Source of the DNA: Phocaeicola dorei | Lineage (GTDB): Bacteria; Bacillota; Clostridia; Christensenellales; Aristaeellaceae | DNA: 64,000 nucleotides | Reading direction: 5' to 3' | NCBI GenBank assembly: GCA_963627465.1 | Contig: CAVGBO010000016.1 | Span: 13,159 to 77,158, forward strand | In this document: positions 60,255 through 64,000 of the stretch, one piece after another | How the letters are laid out: each line of letters opens with the position of its first letter | Position numbering within the stretch: position 1 is the first letter of the stretch | Made by a program: the position numbers and the translations under genes | The notes under the pieces: model-generated | What the model was told of the DNA's origin: nothing | The model's input: the letters and a program-made list of their open reading frames with translations, nothing else | The model's database searches: none

Positions 60255-61462
60255 GCCTTAAGGGCCGTGAAGTCGTCTTGGGCGTAACCGGCGGCATTGC
60301 CGTGTACAAAAGTGTGGAGCTTGTTTCTCGTCTGGTGAAAGCAGGGGCAAACGTCCATGTGATTATGACGAAAAACGCCACGGAATTTGTGACACTCCTG
60401 ACCTTCGAAACCATGAGCCGCAATCCGGTGGTGGTGGATACCTTCGCCCGGCCTGAAAAATGGGAAGTGGAACACATTTCCTTGGCACACCGGGCAGAGA
60501 TTTTCGTGATCGCTCCAGCTACGGCCAATGTAATGGCCAAAATGGCCGCCGGCATTGCGGATGACATGCTGACCACCACAGTGCTGGCTACCAAGGCACC
60601 CATCCTCCTGGCTCCTGCCATGAATACCGGCATGTGGACAGCCGCCGCAACCGAGGCCAACGTTGCAACCCTTGCAAGCAGGGGTGTGCATTTTGTGGGC
60701 CCTGCAGGCGGCCGTTTGGCGTGCGGCGATGTGGGTGCCGGGCGCATGAGTGAACCGGAGGAAATCGTGTCTGCCATTGATGCTCTGCTGAATCCTTTGC
60801 AGGATTTTGCCGGGCTGAAGGTCATGGTGACGGCCGGCGCTACTCGGGAACGGTTAGACCCCGTCCGCTACCTGACCAACGACTCCTCCGGCAAGATGGG
60901 GTTCGCTTTGGCGGAAGCCGCCGCCAAGCGTGGAGCGGAAGTCACGCTGGTGTGCGGTGCGGTAACAGCCCATGCGCCTGACGGTATTCCCGTGGTGAAG
61001 GTGGAATCCACGCAGGATCTTTATGATGCGGTAACACAACGTGCACCCCAAATGGACGTGGTGATTCAGGCCGCTGCTCCGGCAGATTATCGCTTTGAGC
61101 AGACTTGGCCCCAGAAGCTGAAGAAAGCAGACGGTGAGCCGTTGATCTTGACTCTGGTGGAAAACCCCGACATTGCGGCAGCAGTTGGGCAGATGAAGCG
61201 TCCCGGACAGATTCTGGTGGGCTTTGCCGCCGAAACCCAGAACTTGCTGGAGAACGCTCAGAAGAAGCTAATGAAAAAGCATCTTGACCTGATTGTGGCC
61301 AATGATGTGTCCCAGCCCGGTGCCGGATTCAATGTGGATACCAACATTGCCACCCTGATTACTTCCAGCGGTGCAGTGGCTTATCCCCTGCGCACCAAGC
61401 GGCAGCTGGCAGATGACATTCTGGATACAGTAACCAAGCTCCGTGAGGAATCGAAAATCTAA
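60251..61462 (+). CDS. coaBC: Bifunctional phosphopantothenoylcysteine decarboxylase / phosphopantothenate-cysteine ligase
   Basis: VVLGVTGGIAVYKS, PAMNTGMW, VTAGATRERLDPVRYLTNDSSGKMG, ANDVS. ATGA overlap with rpoZ. Confidence 0.9.
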   Translation: MSLKGREVVLGVTGGIAVYKSVELVSRLVKAGANVHVIMTKNATEFVTLLTFETMSRNPVVVDTFARPEKWEVEHISLAHRAEIFVIAPATANVMAKMAAGIADDMLTTTVLATKAPILLAPAMNTGMWTAAATEANVATLASRGVHFVGPAGGRLACGDVGAGRMSEPEEIVSAIDALLNPLQDFAGLKVMVTAGATRERLDPVRYLTNDSSGKMGFALAEAAAKRGAEVTLVCGAVTAHAPDGIPVVKVESTQDLYDAVTQRAPQMDVVIQAAAPADYRFEQTWPQKLKKADGEPLILTLVENPDIAAAVGQMKRPGQILVGFAAETQNLLENAQKKLMKKHLDLIVANDVSQPGAGFNVDTNIATLITSSGAVAYPLRTKRQLADDILDTVTKLREESKI

Positions 61463-61475
61463 TCCCGTCATAGAC

Positions 61476-61516
61476 AAAAGGCATGTCTTGCGAATCACCG
61501 CAAAACATGCCTTTTG
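61476..61516. terminator. Bidirectional Rho-independent terminator (coaBC / P-type ATPase gene)
   Basis: Long interrupted stem AAAGGCATGTCTTGCG / CGCAAAACATGCCTTT, flanked by A- and T-tracts. Confidence 0.7.
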
Positions 61517-61529
61517 ATTTTCTATGCTT

Positions 61530-63791
61530 TCAGTTTCTCATGGCTCGGGTTGCGTTCAGGATGGCCAGCACACACACGCCTACATCTGCGAAGACAGCCA
61601 GCCACATGTTGGCAATGCCCAGGGCACCCAGCAGAAGCACCACAGCCTTCACTGCCAGAGCGAAGATAATGTTCTGATAAGCAATCTTGGTGGTCTTCCG
61701 GGCAATGCGCATGCCGACAGCCAACTTCTGAGGATCATCATCCATGAGCACCACATCCGCTGCTTCAATGGCTGCATCGGAACCCAGTGCACCCATGGCA
61801 ATGCCCAAGTCAGCACGTGCCAGCACAGGCGCATCGTTAATGCCGTCACCAACGAAGGCCAAGGTACCTTCTGCCGTCTCCAGCAGCTTTTCCACCCAAG
61901 AAACTTTATCCTGAGGCAGCAGCTCCGCATGTACCTCCGTCAGGGACAAGCGGGCAGCAATGTCCTCGCCTACTGCCTTTCGGTCGCCGGTCAGCATGAC
62001 CAGACGCCGTGTGCCCAGTTCCTTCAAATCCTTGATTGCGGCAGGCGCAGTTTCCTTCACCACATCGGAAATCACAATGTGACCCATGTACACGCCATCC
62101 TGCGCCACATGCACGATGGTTCCCTGCTTCTCGCAAGGCTTCCACTGAATGTTCATCTGCGCCATCAGCTTATCATTGCCGGCGTATACGGTATGGCCAT
62201 CCACGGTGGCCTTGATGCCGTGACCTGCCACTTCCTCCACCTGACTGACCCGGCTGGAATCAAGTGCCTTGTTCCAGGCCGTCTTCAGGGACTTGGAAAT
62301 AGGATGATCGGAATAAACCTCCGCCAAGGCTGCCATTTCCAGCAAGGTATCTTCGCTGACCTTTTCCGGGTGAATGGCCGTGACGGTGAAGACGCCCTTG
62401 GTCAGCGTGCCGGTTTTGTCAAACACCACCGTATCCAACTTCGCCAACAGCTCCATATAGTTGGCACCCTTCACCAGCACGCCCTGCTTGGATGCACCGC
62501 CAATGCCGCTGAAAAAGGTCAGGGGCACGGAAATCACCAAGGCGCAGGGGCAGGAGATAACCAGGAAGGTCAAGGCACGATGAAGCCACTGCACCCAGTT
62601 ACCATCAATCAGAGAAGGAACGACCGCCAACAGCAGCGCTGCACCGCACACCGCCGGGGTATACACACGGGCAAACCGGGTAATGAACCGCTCCGTCTTT
62701 GCCTTGTTTTCCCCGGAGGATTCCACCAAGTCCAGAATACGACTGACGGCAGATTCGCCATAGCTGCTGGTGACACGCACCGTCAACAGGCCGGACAGGT
62801 TGACGCAGCCGCTAATCACGCTGTCCCCTTCGCCCACGTCACGGGGCAGGGATTCGCCGGTCAGCGCCGTGGTATTCAGGCTGCTGGTACCGGAAAGCAC
62901 CACACCATCCAGCGGCACACGCTCACCGGGATGAATGCGAATCGTATCGCCTACGCTTACTTCATCCGGGGAAACCTTCGTTTCCTTGCCATCCTTCACA
63001 AGAATAGCAAACTCGGGACGAATATCCATCAAGGCGGAAATGGACGTCCGGCTCTTGTCCACTGCTCGATCCTGGAACCATTCGCCCACCTGATAGAAGG
63101 CCATCACCGCCACGCCCTCGGCAAATTCGCCGATGCACATGGCGCCGATGGAGGCCACAGCCATCAGGAAGTTTTCATCAAAAATCTGACCGTGAGAAAT
63201 ATTACGAAGGGCACGAAGCACCACATCGTAACCGGCAACCAAATAACCAATGATGAACAGTACAATGCTCAGCCATCCGCTGGTAAGGGAACCACCGATG
63301 AGCAGAGCAACCGCCACAGCCGCACGGATGAGGATGACCTTGCCCTCGCTCTCCTCTTCCTCATGCTCCTCCACATGCTCATGAACATGATGATGCTTGT
63401 GGTCGTGACCGCAATGGCAATGGTCGTGATCGTGATCATCGTCATCATCGTCGTCGTCATCATCGTGGTGATGATGGTCATGACCGCAGCAGCAGCCATC
63501 TTCATGCTCGTGTTCGTGAGCATGATGATGTTCATGATGTTCATGATGCTCTCCTGCCTTGCTCTTGCTGCCGTCAGTGATGATCCGGCAATCCGGCTCC
63601 ACCTTCTTGCCGCAGGCCACCACCTGCGCCAGCACCTCGTTATACATTTCATCAGGAGCTTCCAAGGTCAACGTCTGGTGAAAGAAGTCCACACGTACCT
63701 TCGTCACGCCGGGAAGCTTCGCCATGGCGTCTTCCATCTTGGCAGCGCAGTTGGCACAGTCCAAATCTTCCAAGGGCCAGGATTTCTTCAT
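61530..63791 (-). CDS. Heavy-metal (Zn/Cd/Co-type) translocating P1B-type ATPase with HMA domain and an unusually long His/Asp/Cys-rich tract
   Basis: HMA CANC motif, CPC motif ISCPCALVIS, phosphorylation site DKTGTLT, hinge GDGINDAP. ATG 63791 follows the RBS GGAGG. Confidence 0.9.
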   Translation of the reverse strand: MKKSWPLEDLDCANCAAKMEDAMAKLPGVTKVRVDFFHQTLTLEAPDEMYNEVLAQVVACGKKVEPDCRIITDGSKSKAGEHHEHHEHHHAHEHEHEDGCCCGHDHHHHDDDDDDDDDDHDHDHCHCGHDHKHHHVHEHVEEHEEEESEGKVILIRAAVAVALLIGGSLTSGWLSIVLFIIGYLVAGYDVVLRALRNISHGQIFDENFLMAVASIGAMCIGEFAEGVAVMAFYQVGEWFQDRAVDKSRTSISALMDIRPEFAILVKDGKETKVSPDEVSVGDTIRIHPGERVPLDGVVLSGTSSLNTTALTGESLPRDVGEGDSVISGCVNLSGLLTVRVTSSYGESAVSRILDLVESSGENKAKTERFITRFARVYTPAVCGAALLLAVVPSLIDGNWVQWLHRALTFLVISCPCALVISVPLTFFSGIGGASKQGVLVKGANYMELLAKLDTVVFDKTGTLTKGVFTVTAIHPEKVSEDTLLEMAALAEVYSDHPISKSLKTAWNKALDSSRVSQVEEVAGHGIKATVDGHTVYAGNDKLMAQMNIQWKPCEKQGTIVHVAQDGVYMGHIVISDVVKETAPAAIKDLKELGTRRLVMLTGDRKAVGEDIAARLSLTEVHAELLPQDKVSWVEKLLETAEGTLAFVGDGINDAPVLARADLGIAMGALGSDAAIEAADVVLMDDDPQKLAVGMRIARKTTKIAYQNIIFALAVKAVVLLLGALGIANMWLAVFADVGVCVLAILNATRAMRN

Positions 63792-63891
63792 GAGATCCAA
63801 CCTCCAAACATTTGAGCATTTGTTCACATGTTATTATACACCTTTTCATGCCCCTGTCAATCACCCTTTCTATTTTTCTTCAGCTTTTTGC

Positions 63892-63924
63892 AGAAAAAAC
63901 CCGGACAGGATGTTCCTGCCCGGG
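63892..63924 (-). terminator. Rho-independent terminator of the gene entering from the right edge
   Basis: On the minus strand: CCCGGGCAGGA / TCCTGTCCGGG (one mismatch) followed by TTTTTT. Confidence 0.6.
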
Positions 63925-63943
63925 CAAAGGTTCATCAACTTTC

Positions 63944-64000
63944 TTATTGTGTGGAGACGGTCATCAGCTTCACCGTAATGTTGCTCATCACGTAGGTATA
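63944..64000 (-). CDS. Last 18 codons of an unidentified minus-strand CDS continuing beyond the window
   Basis: GC3-rich frame ...YTYVMSNITVKLMTVSTQ* ending about 20 nt before the terminator. Too short to identify. Confidence 0.25.
   Translation of the reverse strand, partial: YTYVMSNITVKLMTVSTQ

Noticed and set aside
61524-63815. 763-aa plus-strand ORF opposite the P-type ATPase
   Set aside because: The minus frame has DKTGTLT, CPC, GDGINDAP and HMA motifs. The plus frame is a shadow ORF, and its hydrophobic IVV/MMM run is merely the complement of the His/Asp tract.
63872-64000. Alternative minus-strand frame (...DEQHYGEADDRLHTIRKLMNLCPGRNILSGFFLQKAEEK*) at the right edge
   Set aside because: This frame reads straight through the terminator hairpin and T-tract and has poorer GC3 bias. 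The frame ending at 63944 stops about 20 nt before the terminator and fits local codon usage.
1-64000. Mobile elements, prophage, tRNA or rRNA genes
   Set aside because: No transposase, integrase, recombinase or phage-structural motifs appear in any frame of the ORF track. No long terminal inverted or direct repeats were noticed. The intergenic gaps are at most about 350 nt and contain no tRNA-like T-arm or anticodon-arm pattern that I could see. This was a scan by eye, not exhaustive.

Overview
A 64-kb stretch of a moderately GC-rich, Gram-positive-type chromosome. A Clostridia/Oscillospiraceae-like origin is only an inference from gene content, RBS style and codon bias. All family calls come from motifs read by eye in the supplied ORF translations; no similarity search, HMM or RNA-folding run was possible. 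The window is densely coding, with about 62 protein genes, and looks like core genome. I saw no rRNA, tRNA, CRISPR array, transposase, integrase or phage genes.

Gene content, left to right:
- A secreted FMN-bind/FAD flavoprotein reductase with a divergent AraC regulator.
- A polar amino-acid ABC importer.
- A LivJHMGF branched-chain amino-acid importer.
- A translationally coupled DUF1934-hypothetical-MBL-QueG-like operon.
- MATE and ABM-domain genes, then fba.
- A long minus-strand cluster: an 801-aa solute-binding protein, two CUT1-type permeases, an HlyD-type adaptor and a MacB-like permease fused to an SCP2-like domain, with no ATPase.
- A small membrane protein, then VanW, PHP, ftsH, hpt and tilS.
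- A Q/G/Y-repeat membrane protein.
- rsfS, a fused nadD-yqeK, and tadA.
- A ten-gene Mrp-type antiporter cluster.
- brnQ, a CapA-family gene, surE, and a SulP transporter.
- A MarR-DegV operon.
- A DUF853 ATPase, a YbaK-like gene, pfkA, a DUF523/TudS-like gene, psuK-psuG, yicC, gmk, rpoZ and coaBC.
- A His/Asp-rich heavy-metal P-type ATPase.

No defence-island-like or mobile system is visible. The best candidates for under-described biology are:
1. The atypical Mrp cluster (order E-F-G-B'-B-C-D-D-D-L-like) and its structured leader.
2. The ATPase-less importer/exporter hybrid cluster, including the MacB-like permease fused to an SCP2-like domain.
3. The exported flavoprotein reductase of unknown substrate.
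4. The Sup35-like Q/G/Y repeat protein.
5. The MarR-DegV operon with two FabT-box-like palindromes.

Nearly every gene carries a full-length antisense shadow ORF. I treat these as a codon-bias artefact.
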